Below are positions 9,946 through 20,086 of a stretch of DNA of 64,000 nucleotides, one piece after another (positions within the stretch are counted from its first letter, which is position 1; every line of letters starts with the position of its first letter). Origin of the DNA: Gloeobacterales cyanobacterium (GTDB lineage Bacteria > Cyanobacteriota > Cyanobacteriia > Gloeobacterales > PMM-0068); assembly GCA_038245785.1 (NCBI GenBank), contig JBBRSB010000005.1, positions 64,001 to 128,000 of the forward strand, written 5' to 3'. The notes beneath the pieces are model-generated. The model was not told the DNA's origin and searched no databases. It worked only from the letters and a program-made list of their open reading frames with translations. The position numbers and the translations under genes were made by a program.

Positions 9946-10725
9946 ATGAAGACTAGATATGTACGTAAAAAAAGCGGCTTTACTCTTTTCGAAGTGCTGG
10001 TCACCGCTGTAATCTCCAGTGTGATGGTCTTAGCCTTGATCAGTGGAGCCACAGGATTTTTTAGCCGTGATAGTCAGGAACAACAAAGAGTTCTTGCTCA
10101 GCAGCGTTTGCGCTTAGTAACTTCTGTAATCAGTGCTGACCTGCGAGAAGCTGCATATATCTATCGAGATGCAGACCTGAATATAGTTGTCGGTCTAGTG
10201 AATGGAGGAACCAGCAGTGCAAAATTGAACGGAACAACCCCAAAACTAGCCATGTTGGTTCCTTATAAAGGGACCTCTATTAGTGACAAAGATAAATTCA
10301 GATTAGTGATCTATGCGCTTGGTCCCGTTCCCAATGCCGAACCTTTCAACTCCATTCGTTCTATCAAGGGGAAAGGCAACGTTATTTATCGCTGGTTTTC
10401 GGCGCCGGAAGAATTCGATCCAATTATCCAAAATCAGGGAAACGGCAAACCCCCTAATGCATTGAATGGCAGTTTTATGACCTATGGCGGTACAGGGACC
10501 GACACTCGCCCTCCAGTATTGGTCGTGGGGGTAGCCAATGATGGCCTATCCACAACTTCTACTGGTGGGCAATTCGGACCAGCGAATAGTGACCTTGGCA
10601 AAAATATAACGGTCCAGGCCTATCAAGATTCTTCGCTTGTGGGGGATGCTCCGAAAGTCAGCTTTTATGCTCAGGCCCGCAATTTGGGGCTACCGTCTAC
10701 GCCCATTCCCCCTTCGAGCCTCTAA
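9946..10725 (+). CDS. PilW-like minor pilin
   Basis: KSG|FTLFEVLVT; I.ADLREA motif; ends ...ARN. Confidence 0.8.
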   Translation: MKTRYVRKKSGFTLFEVLVTAVISSVMVLALISGATGFFSRDSQEQQRVLAQQRLRLVTSVISADLREAAYIYRDADLNIVVGLVNGGTSSAKLNGTTPKLAMLVPYKGTSISDKDKFRLVIYALGPVPNAEPFNSIRSIKGKGNVIYRWFSAPEEFDPIIQNQGNGKPPNALNGSFMTYGGTGTDTRPPVLVVGVANDGLSTTSTGGQFGPANSDLGKNITVQAYQDSSLVGDAPKVSFYAQARNLGLPSTPIPPSSL

Positions 10726-11240
10726 TCCCCTAAGCTTTGCCTGACTTTCACCATCATCTGGATCATTTGGGCTTGCTCTTGCTCACTCAAAATGCTGTCT
10801 AACATCTGTGCAACATGCTGGTCATACGCAGGGGTCAGCGTTTGCATCAGCGTTTTGGCCTTATCGGTCATTTCGATGAGCGTTACCCGACGGTCATTAG
10901 GGTCGGCCACTCTTCTAACCAAACCCTCTCGCTCCATTCGGTCAATGATGCCTGTCATATTGGCCTTGGAAACCCCCTGACTGTGGGCAATCTCAGTAAT
11001 CGGCATCCCTGCGTCTGGAGAACGAGCATTCAGAGTCCACAGAACATTTCCTTGCGGCAGGGTCAGACCATAGCGAAACAAGTAGTCTTCCATCTCGCGA
11101 TAAAGTAGCGTGCCCGCCCTGATCAGGTTCAACATCAGGATTACCGGAACTGCTTTGCAGTTTTCATCTAAATAAGAGAAGACCCATGCAGGAGGAATAA
11201 CTTGGGCAGAGGATGGCATAAGAGTAGATAGTCTCCACAC
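10722..11240 (-). CDS. MarR-family transcriptional regulator
   Basis: GLTLPQ...VSKANMTGIIDRMEREGLVRR...DRRVTLIEMT; start could be ATG 11219. Confidence 0.92.
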   Translation of the reverse strand: MWRLSTLMPSSAQVIPPAWVFSYLDENCKAVPVILMLNLIRAGTLLYREMEDYLFRYGLTLPQGNVLWTLNARSPDAGMPITEIAHSQGVSKANMTGIIDRMEREGLVRRVADPNDRRVTLIEMTDKAKTLMQTLTPAYDQHVAQMLDSILSEQEQAQMIQMMVKVRQSLGD

Positions 11241-11441
11241 TGAATTATCAATATATTAACAGATCAGTTGAAAGTAGCTGTTTGTTTCAAGATGCGCTTT
11301 CTTTATAGTTGTTGTAAAACAATAGGGGGCTAATCCGTGAAGGGGCGTCATCATAGCAGGGAGCCACAGCCGTGTTCAAAGGTCCAATTGCACGCGGTTG
11401 CTTGATGAAGTTAATTTTGGGATGTCAAAAAAAGGAGTCCT

Positions 11442-11942
11442 GTGATGTCAAAACAATTTAATCTTCTCTTCCGCGCAAAGCTCAAGCATACCCGTTCAGA
11501 ATCTTTGTTCGCAGGGCTCTTGGTGGTTGCCCTGTCCATACTGCCCGCCCATAAGCTTTTAGCCCAAGAACAGTTGCTGCTGCCTCCTAGCTCCGCTCAA
11601 GTTGCTTCCTTAACGCCCAAAGCCGCACTCGAACGCTTTTTCACTACAAAGCCAAAGAACTACCGCGCGGAGTGGTTTGCTCCCAACTTCAAGCTTCAAG
11701 GTTCCAACACTGAGGTTGCGCCAGGAGTTGCATCCTACATTTCGCAGCTCAAGTCCCAGCTAGGACCCTATAAGGGTGTGGAACAGCGTGGCCAGGAATT
11801 GATAGTAGGATTGAATAGAGGTTCAGTCCCAGCCCAAATTCAAATTAATCCCCAGGGCCAAATAACAAAACTGGCCTTCCCAAAAATAGATTTTCCCGCC
11901 CCTTCCCATGCTGCTTTACCTTCAGGAAAGGCGTATCGCTAG
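11442..11942 (+). CDS. exported protein resembling the non-catalytic N-terminal domain of cyanobacterial serine hydrolases
   Basis: Signal-like hydrophobic stretch, then TPKAALERFF...AEWFAPNF...LGPYKGV...RGSVPAQI.INPQGQI. Confidence 0.55.
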   Translation: MMSKQFNLLFRAKLKHTRSESLFAGLLVVALSILPAHKLLAQEQLLLPPSSAQVASLTPKAALERFFTTKPKNYRAEWFAPNFKLQGSNTEVAPGVASYISQLKSQLGPYKGVEQRGQELIVGLNRGSVPAQIQINPQGQITKLAFPKIDFPAPSHAALPSGKAYR

Positions 11943-12142
11943 GCTTAGAGACCAGCAAGCATTCCTCAAGCATCTGACCGAGATTTGGAAGCCTGCTTCT
12001 GAAAACTCGTAATGCTTGTGCCTAGATTCAAGGAGGCGCCCTGTACAAAATTAGTTAATGTACTTATTATTAATAGGTAGAATAATAGTGCTTGAAGAAT
12101 GTAGAATTGTGAAGTGTCAGACCTGCCTATGAGGATCGTGCT

Positions 12143-13579
12143 ATGACCAAATCGTCAGAGAAGCCAACGTTTTCTTCAGAGTCTTCGGACTTAGTCCAAA
12201 ATTCTGAACAAGACAAAGGCAAGCAGGCTCTATCCTCTCCTCGATCAACAGAAAAATCAGTGGCCTCAGACCCCACAGATTCAGAACAGTCTACCAAACA
12301 GCTTTTTGAAAACAAAGGAACCAGGCTAGCACTCCCTCCCGCAAAGAAAAATCAGGGTTGGTTACCTCTGCTTATTAGTCTGGGGGTTATATCCCTAGGC
12401 GCTTTTGCCTTACACCTTAATGCGGCCAATAAACCTGAAGCGGCTCCGCCTGTGGCGTCAACCCCGCCCCGTCCAAGCTTGACCGTGACGGTGCAGCCAG
12501 TGGTCTCCAAATCTTTTCCCAAAACTCTCTCGGTTTCAGGTTCTCTAGCAGCTTGGGATGAACTACCGCTCGCGGCAGAGGCAAGTGGACTGCGCATTGA
12601 CAACATTTATGTAGATGAAGGAGACCGAGTCCGCAAAGGACAGGTTCTCGCTACACTCAACAACCAACTGCTAAAAGCACAAATGCAGCAGTCTAAGGCT
12701 CGCGTTAGCAAAGCGATGTCTGGAATCCGCCAGCAGCAGGCAGCGATTAGGGAAGCAGAGGCGCTCAAAATAGAGGCCGACCGCAATTTCAAGCGATACG
12801 ACAATTTAGTGCGCGAAGGAGCTATTAGTCAGCAAGAGGCCCAAAGTCGACAAACTAGCGCAGCTACCTCACAGGCAAGGGTGGATTCTGCTCGCCAAAG
12901 TCTTGCCGTTGCCCAAAGCGATCTGGCTGCAGCCAAAGCTGACCTGCAAGAATTTAGAGCTCGGATGTCACAGACCCGGATTGTGGCACCTGTCGATGGT
13001 TTTATCAGCAAGCGACAGGCCAAATTGGGAAGTACGTCAGGTTCTACAGCCCTATTTAACATGGTGCGGGATGGGCGGATTGAACTGAATGCTGAAGTTT
13101 CAGAACTGGATTTGCCAGGCATCAAAGCTGGACAACCCATAGTGATTACCTCTGATGCAGACCCTTCCAAGCGCTATACGGGACGGGTACGCGAAGTAGC
13201 GCCGGTGGTGGATGCGCAGACCCGGATTGGCCTTGTGCGGATTAAGCTACCCCCAAATCCTGAGTTAAGACCGGGGATGTTTGTTCGAGGACAACTGCGA
13301 CTAGGTTCTGCTCCAGCGGTGGTAGTTCCAGAGACAGCCCTTCTATTTAAAGATGGTAAGCCCTTCGTTTTTATTGTTAAAGGGGAGCCTAGCCAAGGTG
13401 GTACAGCTCAGGCAACCGTTCGCTTGATCCAGACGGGGGCAAGGGATGCAGGTTTTGTTGAAGTCCGCTCTGGTCTTAGAACTGGAGAGCAGATAATTCT
13501 TTCCGGGGCAGGTTATCTAAAAGATGGTGATACCGTCCGGATTGGCAGTTTGGATAGTGGGACAGGAGGGCGTCCATGA
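12143..13579 (+). CDS. RND efflux periplasmic adaptor (HlyD/MFP)
   Basis: TM anchor, VDEGDRVRKGQVLATL lipoyl half, long coiled coil, IVAPVDG, LRPGMFV. Confidence 0.95.
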   Translation: MTKSSEKPTFSSESSDLVQNSEQDKGKQALSSPRSTEKSVASDPTDSEQSTKQLFENKGTRLALPPAKKNQGWLPLLISLGVISLGAFALHLNAANKPEAAPPVASTPPRPSLTVTVQPVVSKSFPKTLSVSGSLAAWDELPLAAEASGLRIDNIYVDEGDRVRKGQVLATLNNQLLKAQMQQSKARVSKAMSGIRQQQAAIREAEALKIEADRNFKRYDNLVREGAISQQEAQSRQTSAATSQARVDSARQSLAVAQSDLAAAKADLQEFRARMSQTRIVAPVDGFISKRQAKLGSTSGSTALFNMVRDGRIELNAEVSELDLPGIKAGQPIVITSDADPSKRYTGRVREVAPVVDAQTRIGLVRIKLPPNPELRPGMFVRGQLRLGSAPAVVVPETALLFKDGKPFVFIVKGEPSQGGTAQATVRLIQTGARDAGFVEVRSGLRTGEQIILSGAGYLKDGDTVRIGSLDSGTGGRP

Positions 13580-16500
13580 ACTGGAACATTTCAGCCTGGT
13601 CTATCCGCAATCCGATTATTACCAGCGTCCTCTTTTTAGTTTTGACCCTCGCTGGGTTTGTCTCTTTTAGTCTGCTCAATATTGATGAAAATCCGAATAT
13701 CGATGTCCCAACGGTAGCGATTACTGTTACTCAAATAGGGGCTGCGCCTTCGGAGCTAGAAACTCAGGTAACGAAGAGAGTCGAAGATGCTGTAGCGGGT
13801 GTTGGCAATGTCGATCACATTCGCTCTGTGGTCAATGACGGAGTTTCCTCAACGACCGTAGAATTCATTCTTGGAACCAGTACTGACCGGGCTGTAAACG
13901 ATGTGCGCGACGCTGTTACCAAGATTCGGCAGAACCTCCCCCAAGATATTCAAGAGCCGATCATCTCGCGCATAGACTTCACAGGCTCAGCGATGATGAT
14001 CTACTCCGTGGCTTCGTCTTCGCGTACAAACGAAGAATTAAGCTGGTTCGTTGACAATGAAATTAGTCGAGAGCTTCTGTCGGTTCGCGGCGTTTCTAAG
14101 GTAGACCGTTCTGGTGGCGTCGACCGTGAGATCCGTGTCAATCTTGACCCTAGCCGCTTGCTGGCTCTGGGAATTACGGCTGATGATGTCAACCGTCAGG
14201 TCCGTGCCCTCAACATCAATCTGCCAGGGGGACGTGGAGAACTAGGAGCTCAAGAACAATCGATCCGCACCTTGGGCAGTGCCCAGACCATAGAGCAATT
14301 AAGCAATACAGAAATCATTCTTCCCAATGGCCGAAAAGCCCGCTTGAGCCAATTAGGCAAAGTAGAGGATGGCACTTCCGAACCTCGGCAGTCTGCTCGT
14401 CTGGATGGAAAGCCTGTTGTTGCTTTTTCGATCGAGCGTTCTGTGGGTGCCAGTGAAGTAGCAACAGAAAAAGGAATAGAGGAAAAGATTGCAGAGCTTC
14501 GCAAAACATTCCCTGACGTCACTTTTACCTTGATTCTCAACAGAGTTAAGTTCGTCCATGAGTCCTATGAAGCTTCCGTAGAAGCCTTGCTCCTGGGAGC
14601 CGCTTTAGCCGTAGTCGTAATCTTTATTTTTCTGAAAGACTGGCGGGCAACCTTGATTTCAGGTTTGGCCATGCCTCTTTCGGCAATCCCAACCTTTGCC
14701 GTGATGAAGGCTTTGGGCTACACCCTCAATAACTTAAGTCTGTTGGCTTTTGCCTTAGTCGTTGGCATCTTGGTGGACGATGCGATTGTAGAAATTGAAA
14801 ATATTGTCCGTCACATGAAGATGGGCAAAAGCCCATTCCGGGCAGCTTTAGATGCTGCAGATGAGATTGGTTTGGCCGTCGTCGCTACGACCATGAGCAT
14901 CGTTGCGGTTTTCCTACCCGTAGGATTCATGGGTGGAATCCCTGGACAATTTTTCCGGCAGTTCGGTGTGACAGTGGCCGTAGCGGTCATGTTTTCACTT
15001 TTAGTCGCTCGTTTAGTTACGCCCTTGATGGCCGCTTATTTCTTAAAGGACCATGATGCTAGTGAAGAATCACCCTGGTATGTTCAGCGCTACAACAGCA
15101 TTCTGAATTGGTCGTTAGATCATCGTTTTGCCACAATCCTGATTGCTGTTGCTATATTTGCTGGTTCTTTAGCCTTGGCCCGCTTTATTCCGACCGGGTT
15201 TATTACGCCTACAGACCGTGGCCAATCCATCTTAACGGTGGAACTGCCTCCAGGCTCTAAGTTAGAGGACACAGACCGAGCCACGCAACAAATCAGCCGT
15301 TTGATGAAAAAACGGTCTGAAGTCGAAAGCGTCTTTGTCTCTGCGGGCACCTCTGGCAGTCAGGGAACTGGCGGTAACGGTGGAACCGGGAAAGTTACCA
15401 AGGCTACGGTGTATATCAACCTGAAGCCCCGTGGAGAGAGGGAACTCTCACAGCAGAAATTTGAACAGGATGTGCGGCCTCTGTTAGACCAGGTTCCTGG
15501 AGCCCGTCTCAGCTTCTTCGGCGGGAGTGTGAGTGGCGGCAAAGAAGTGACGGTAGTCCTCACGGGAGATGATGCCGTATCGCTAACCAAGACGGCTGAT
15601 GCTCTTACCTCTCAAATGAGAGGAATTCCGGCTCTGGTAGATGTCAGCAACTCGGCCAGTCTATTGCGAGCAGAACTCCTGATCAATCCCAAATTCGACC
15701 GAGCTGCCGACCAAGGCGTGTCTGTACAACAGATTGCCCAGACCGCTAAAATTGCAACCTTAGGAGATATTGATGCCAACCTAGCTAAGTTCAACCTGGC
15801 TGACCGTCAGATCCCTATTCGCGTTCAGATAGATCCCAAATACCGTAGCAATTTGGATATCATCGAGAACCTGAGGGTTACGGGCAATGGCAGCAAAATG
15901 GTCCCGCTCAAGTCGGTTGCAGAGTTCACGGTGGGGAGTGGAGCTGCTCAGATAGACCGCTATGACCGAGCGCGAAAAGTATCCGTCGAAGCCAACCTGA
16001 ATGGAGTGCCGCTTGGACCTGTGATTAAACAGGTATATGCGCTGCCTGCCTTAAAGAACCTGCCTGCTTCTGTGCGGATTCAAAACTCTGGCGATGCAAA
16101 AGTTATGGCTGATGTATTCTCTCAGTTCGGTCTAGCTTTGGGGGCAGCGGTCATTCTGATCTTTGCAGTCTTGGTCTTGCTGTTCGGTAGTTTCTTCCAT
16201 CCGTTCACGATTATGGTGGCGCTCCCACTTGCTTTGGGAGGAGCGCTGGCCGGTCTCTTGGTCTTTGGCAAATCCCTAGGACTCTATGCCTTGATTGGGA
16301 TTGTCATGCTGATGGGATTGGTCACCAAAAACTCTATTTTGCTGGTGGAATACGCTATCGTCGCTATGCGAGAAGGTACTCCTCGACGGGAGGCCATGGT
16401 AGAAGCTGGGGATAAGCGGATGCAACCCATTCTTATGACTACCATTGCCATGATCGCGGGGATGATGCCGATTGCCTTAGGGCTTGGCGCTGGTGCTGAA

Positions 16501-16677
16501 GCGCGCTCGCCAATGGCCGTAGCTGTAGTCGGTGGTCTGGTGACTTCTACCCTCCTTACCTTGGTCGTTATTCCCGTAGTCTTCACCTATGTGGACGACT
16601 TGCAAAACTGGTTCTCTCGGACTTTTGGCAAGGTAGTCAATCAGCCTACGCCTCTGCCCAGCCAGCAGCAGGAATAG
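13576..16677 (+). CDS. RND efflux permease (AcrB family)
   Basis: 1033 aa; GILVDDAIVEIENI, GLVTKNSILLVE, RMQPILMTT. Confidence 0.97.
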   Translation: MNWNISAWSIRNPIITSVLFLVLTLAGFVSFSLLNIDENPNIDVPTVAITVTQIGAAPSELETQVTKRVEDAVAGVGNVDHIRSVVNDGVSSTTVEFILGTSTDRAVNDVRDAVTKIRQNLPQDIQEPIISRIDFTGSAMMIYSVASSSRTNEELSWFVDNEISRELLSVRGVSKVDRSGGVDREIRVNLDPSRLLALGITADDVNRQVRALNINLPGGRGELGAQEQSIRTLGSAQTIEQLSNTEIILPNGRKARLSQLGKVEDGTSEPRQSARLDGKPVVAFSIERSVGASEVATEKGIEEKIAELRKTFPDVTFTLILNRVKFVHESYEASVEALLLGAALAVVVIFIFLKDWRATLISGLAMPLSAIPTFAVMKALGYTLNNLSLLAFALVVGILVDDAIVEIENIVRHMKMGKSPFRAALDAADEIGLAVVATTMSIVAVFLPVGFMGGIPGQFFRQFGVTVAVAVMFSLLVARLVTPLMAAYFLKDHDASEESPWYVQRYNSILNWSLDHRFATILIAVAIFAGSLALARFIPTGFITPTDRGQSILTVELPPGSKLEDTDRATQQISRLMKKRSEVESVFVSAGTSGSQGTGGNGGTGKVTKATVYINLKPRGERELSQQKFEQDVRPLLDQVPGARLSFFGGSVSGGKEVTVVLTGDDAVSLTKTADALTSQMRGIPALVDVSNSASLLRAELLINPKFDRAADQGVSVQQIAQTAKIATLGDIDANLAKFNLADRQIPIRVQIDPKYRSNLDIIENLRVTGNGSKMVPLKSVAEFTVGSGAAQIDRYDRARKVSVEANLNGVPLGPVIKQVYALPALKNLPASVRIQNSGDAKVMADVFSQFGLALGAAVILIFAVLVLLFGSFFHPFTIMVALPLALGGALAGLLVFGKSLGLYALIGIVMLMGLVTKNSILLVEYAIVAMREGTPRREAMVEAGDKRMQPILMTTIAMIAGMMPIALGLGAGAEARSPMAVAVVGGLVTSTLLTLVVIPVVFTYVDDLQNWFSRTFGKVVNQPTPLPSQQQE

Positions 16678-16755
16678 CAGTTCAGATTCAGCAGCGGATA
16701 GTTAACCTTCTCAAAGGTCGCCTAAAATGAAGGCACTATCAAGGAGTTACCCTAG

Positions 16756-17327
16756 ATGGTTGTGAGTATTAGCTATCCTCAGTTTTCACCAGAAGAATAT
16801 CTGGAAATTGAGGAAATGAGCACGGTTAAACATCAATATATCCATGGACAAATTTATGCCATGGCAGGAGCCGGTAAAGCTCATGTCATTATTGCTGGTA
16901 ATTTAGTCACTTTATTGAACAACCATCTGAGGGGAAGTGGTTGCATTGTTTATTCCGCAGATATGAAAGTCAAAATAGCTGCTGCCGATGTCTTTTACTA
17001 TCCAGATGTAACGGTAACCTGTAACGAGGAGGATAGAAAATCTTCAGAAAATTTATTCGTTACCCCTGCTTCATTATTGAAATACTGTCTACGAAGACAG
17101 AAGCTTTTTACAGAGGAGATAAGTTCTCTGACTACCAGAAGTTGGAATCACTGGAAGAGTATGTTTTCATTGATCAGAAAAAGATGCGTATAGAGTCTTT
17201 TCATCGAAATTCTAAAGGCATGTGGACTCCCACTGTCTATGAAGAAAATGCAAAAGCCTACTTCACCAGTCTTAATTTTGACTGTCCGACTATGGCAATT
17301 TATGAAAATGTTAAATTATTGACTTGA
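16756..17327 (+). pseudogene. Uma2-family endonuclease, frameshifted
   Basis: Frame 1 gives ...YYPDVTVTC; the -1 frame continues FIRYPCFIIEILSTKTEAFYRGDKFSDYQKLESLEEYV; shift at about 17050-17055. Confidence 0.85.
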
Positions 17328-17370
17328 TGTATTATTCAGTCTTCATTACTGGACTAGAAATATTAGCTTC

Positions 17371-18390
17371 CTATTGCTTATTTTCTAGCGCTCGTTCCAG
17401 TCTGCGTAACCGTTTAGACAGTTCAGGAAGATTTTTCAATTGGGTAATGTAGCGTCTCCAGATATCTACATCGACAGCAGGATAACCGGCGATCACCTTG
17501 CCGTTAGGCACAGAGTGGGTAATTCCGGTCCCAGCCGCCGCAATCACGTCATTACCAATCGTAAGATGACCCGATACGCCTGACTGCCCAGCAAGCACGA
17601 CTCGGTCCCCGACAATGGTCGAACCCGCCAGGGCAACCTGACCACAGATCACAGTGTCTTTTCCCACTTTGCAACCGTGAGCGATCTGTACCAGATTATC
17701 GATTTTGGTACCTTGACCAATTGTTGTCGCTTCCAGGGTGCCTCGGTCCACGGAACTAAGAGACTGAACTTCCACATCGTTGCCTAAGATTACCGTCCCG
17801 ACCTGGGGAATTTTGTGATAACTTCCATTGCCAACAGGTGCAAAGCCAAAACCATCGGCTCCAATCACTGCCCCATTTTGCAGAATTACACGCTGACCAA
17901 TCTGGACCTCTTCACGAACCACTACATGACTGTGCAGGAGCGATCCATCCCCGATAACAGCCCCGTCGTACACCACACAATGGGGATAAATGGTCACATG
18001 ATCCCCAAGGGTTACATTATTGCCGAGGACTACGTAGGCCCCGATGAAAATGTCTTTACCCAGGGTGCAGCTCTGACCAATCACCGCCGTTGGATGGATG
18101 CCTCTGGGAGGCAGAGGCTTGCTATGGAAAAGCTCAATCGCACGGGCAAAAGCTAGATAAGGGTTATTCGTATAAAGGGCGGGAAGAGGAAGCTTGCCTT
18201 GAAATTTAGGAGAAATAAGAATAGCTCCGGCTTTGCATCCTTCCAATTTCTGAGCGTACTGAGGATTTGATAAAAAGGTAAGATCGCCCGGCTCAGCTTC
18301 TTCTATAGGCGCAACCCCAGTGATCTCTATATTCAGCTCAGGGTCTACGCTTAGATCTAGAAGTTGTGCTAGCTTTTGAACGGAATACAT
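17371..18390 (-). CDS. lpxD: UDP-3-O-(3-hydroxyacyl)glucosamine N-acyltransferase
   Basis: Hexapeptide repeats; IGADGFGF, KIDNLVQIAH. Confidence 0.96.
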   Translation of the reverse strand: MYSVQKLAQLLDLSVDPELNIEITGVAPIEEAEPGDLTFLSNPQYAQKLEGCKAGAILISPKFQGKLPLPALYTNNPYLAFARAIELFHSKPLPPRGIHPTAVIGQSCTLGKDIFIGAYVVLGNNVTLGDHVTIYPHCVVYDGAVIGDGSLLHSHVVVREEVQIGQRVILQNGAVIGADGFGFAPVGNGSYHKIPQVGTVILGNDVEVQSLSSVDRGTLEATTIGQGTKIDNLVQIAHGCKVGKDTVICGQVALAGSTIVGDRVVLAGQSGVSGHLTIGNDVIAAAGTGITHSVPNGKVIAGYPAVDVDIWRRYITQLKNLPELSKRLRRLERALENKQ

Positions 18391-18399
18391 AACACCTCG

Positions 18400-19332
18400 C
18401 TACAAATTTTTAAGGGGCATTAGGCTGATAGCCTGAGGAAGAATTTCTTTTTGAAATGCGCGGGTGGCCCGTGATACATAGCGTTTAGGATCTGTCAGAA
18501 TCCGAAGCGTACGATGCACATTCAAACCTTCTACCGGAATTTGGCGTAGAACACCTAAAGATAGTTCCTGACTGACAGCGATGGTTGAGATAAACGCGAT
18601 ACCCAACCCTGCTTGTACTGCCACTTTAATCGCTTCCAAAGAACTCAATTCCATTTCGATATTGAGTTTAGAAGGTTCAATGCTCGATTCAAGGAGGACT
18701 TTATCGATCACACGTCGGGTGGTAGAGCCTGGGTCCAGCGTGATGAATTTTTCTTTATACAATTGTTTCTTCTCAATCATAGAAGCACTAGCTAAAGGAT
18801 GGTTAGCCGCCGCGATCAAAATGAAGGAATCATCAATAAAATCTTCAACTTCTAAGCGTTCACCGAGTTCTGTCGGCACCGCCCCGCCCACAATACCAAG
18901 CCCCCATAGCCCTTCGATAATCCCTAAGGCAACTTGGCGCGTCGAACGAACCTGGAGCTGGACTGCCACTTCTGGATAAGACTGGCGAAACATACCAATT
19001 AGCTGGGGCATGAGATAGGTTCCTGTGGTCTGAGATGCCCCTAGGGTGAGTACGCCTCCCCGCAAACTTTCCAAATCTCCAATAGCTCTGACGGCTTCTT
19101 TCTGAAGGTTAATCATCTGTTCGGCATAGGAAAGGAGAACATGTCCTGCCTGAGTAAGTTCGGCACTGCGACTGGAGCGGTCAAACAGCATAGCCCCCAC
19201 TGCTTTTTCCAAATTCCTTACCTGTAGACTAACCGCAGGCTGGGAGATAAACATAGACTCAGCTGCTTTTTTGAAACTCCCTTCGTGCGCAATCGCTCTC
19301 AGGATTCTGATTTGGTCAAAACTAAAGCTCAT
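18400..19332 (-). CDS. rbcR: LysR regulator, RbcR/Ycf30 type
   Basis: FSFDQIRILRAIAHEGSFKKAAESMFISQPAVSLQV; GASQTTGTYLMP. Confidence 0.85.
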   Translation of the reverse strand: MSFSFDQIRILRAIAHEGSFKKAAESMFISQPAVSLQVRNLEKAVGAMLFDRSSRSAELTQAGHVLLSYAEQMINLQKEAVRAIGDLESLRGGVLTLGASQTTGTYLMPQLIGMFRQSYPEVAVQLQVRSTRQVALGIIEGLWGLGIVGGAVPTELGERLEVEDFIDDSFILIAAANHPLASASMIEKKQLYKEKFITLDPGSTTRRVIDKVLLESSIEPSKLNIEMELSSLEAIKVAVQAGLGIAFISTIAVSQELSLGVLRQIPVEGLNVHRTLRILTDPKRYVSRATRAFQKEILPQAISLMPLKNL

Positions 19333-19737
19333 AGATAAGAAAATTTGATGACAGGTATAACCATATATAAGAATAGCGGAAATCGAGTCCCTACGTCATG
19401 CCTAAGGGTGGATAGGGGAATCGGAGGAGATTTATGGCAGGGGTCAGGACTGTTTAAAAATTTCAATACAACCTTGATGTAACCCCAATGCGTGTTCAGT
19501 TCTGCTGAAACCTTGGGCTGCGGCTACAAAGTTGTGTGTTTATTCTTGCCACACGGCTGCGACATGAAAACTACACAGGAAATATATGCTAGGTTTACAT
19601 CACCCATACGTGCAAACTGCCCCTCGAAATCTTGCTCTTCTTCAGACATGTTCTAAACGACTTTGAAAAAGTAGAGACTAGAAAGTAGAGTGCTGAATTC
19701 ATAAGTCTTACTTTTCTTCTCAAAAAGGTAACATTAC

Positions 19738-20016
19738 ATGAAATTTTCTCCTAGCCAAGATTTAAAAGCTTTTGACGTTCTTATCGATAGCGATCCCATG
19801 GAAGATTTGGAGGGTTCAACGGCTGTTCTTGAAAGATGGCTCAAGGACTCAGAGCAAGAACAATCAGAGAAGCTAGAACTCTGCCTAACACTTTTGCTCA
19901 GTATGGAAGAGCGAGCTAATGCCCATCGCCAGGAAGCGCTCAAAGTGCTGGAGCGCGCCCATGCCGATGAGGAAAAAGCCCTATATCTAGAGACTCTTGT
20001 TCATAAATATCTTTGA
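19738..20016 (+). CDS. small coiled-coil protein resembling the N-terminal half of siphovirus Gp157-family proteins
   Basis: EKLE...LLLSMEERANAHRQEA...RAHADEEKA..L pattern; only 92 aa. Confidence 0.45.
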   Translation: MKFSPSQDLKAFDVLIDSDPMEDLEGSTAVLERWLKDSEQEQSEKLELCLTLLLSMEERANAHRQEALKVLERAHADEEKALYLETLVHKYL

Positions 20017-20086
20017 AGAGCACACATCGCCTTAGTCGCGGGCTCATGCTCTAGACTGCTGCTAAGTTCGAGTAGTTCTTCGAGTT

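Noticed and set aside
19525..19650. 41-aa minus-strand ORF (MSEEEQDFEGQF...) or an ncRNA upstream of rbcR
   Set aside because: No RBS, recognisable motif or convincing structure; cannot be supported.
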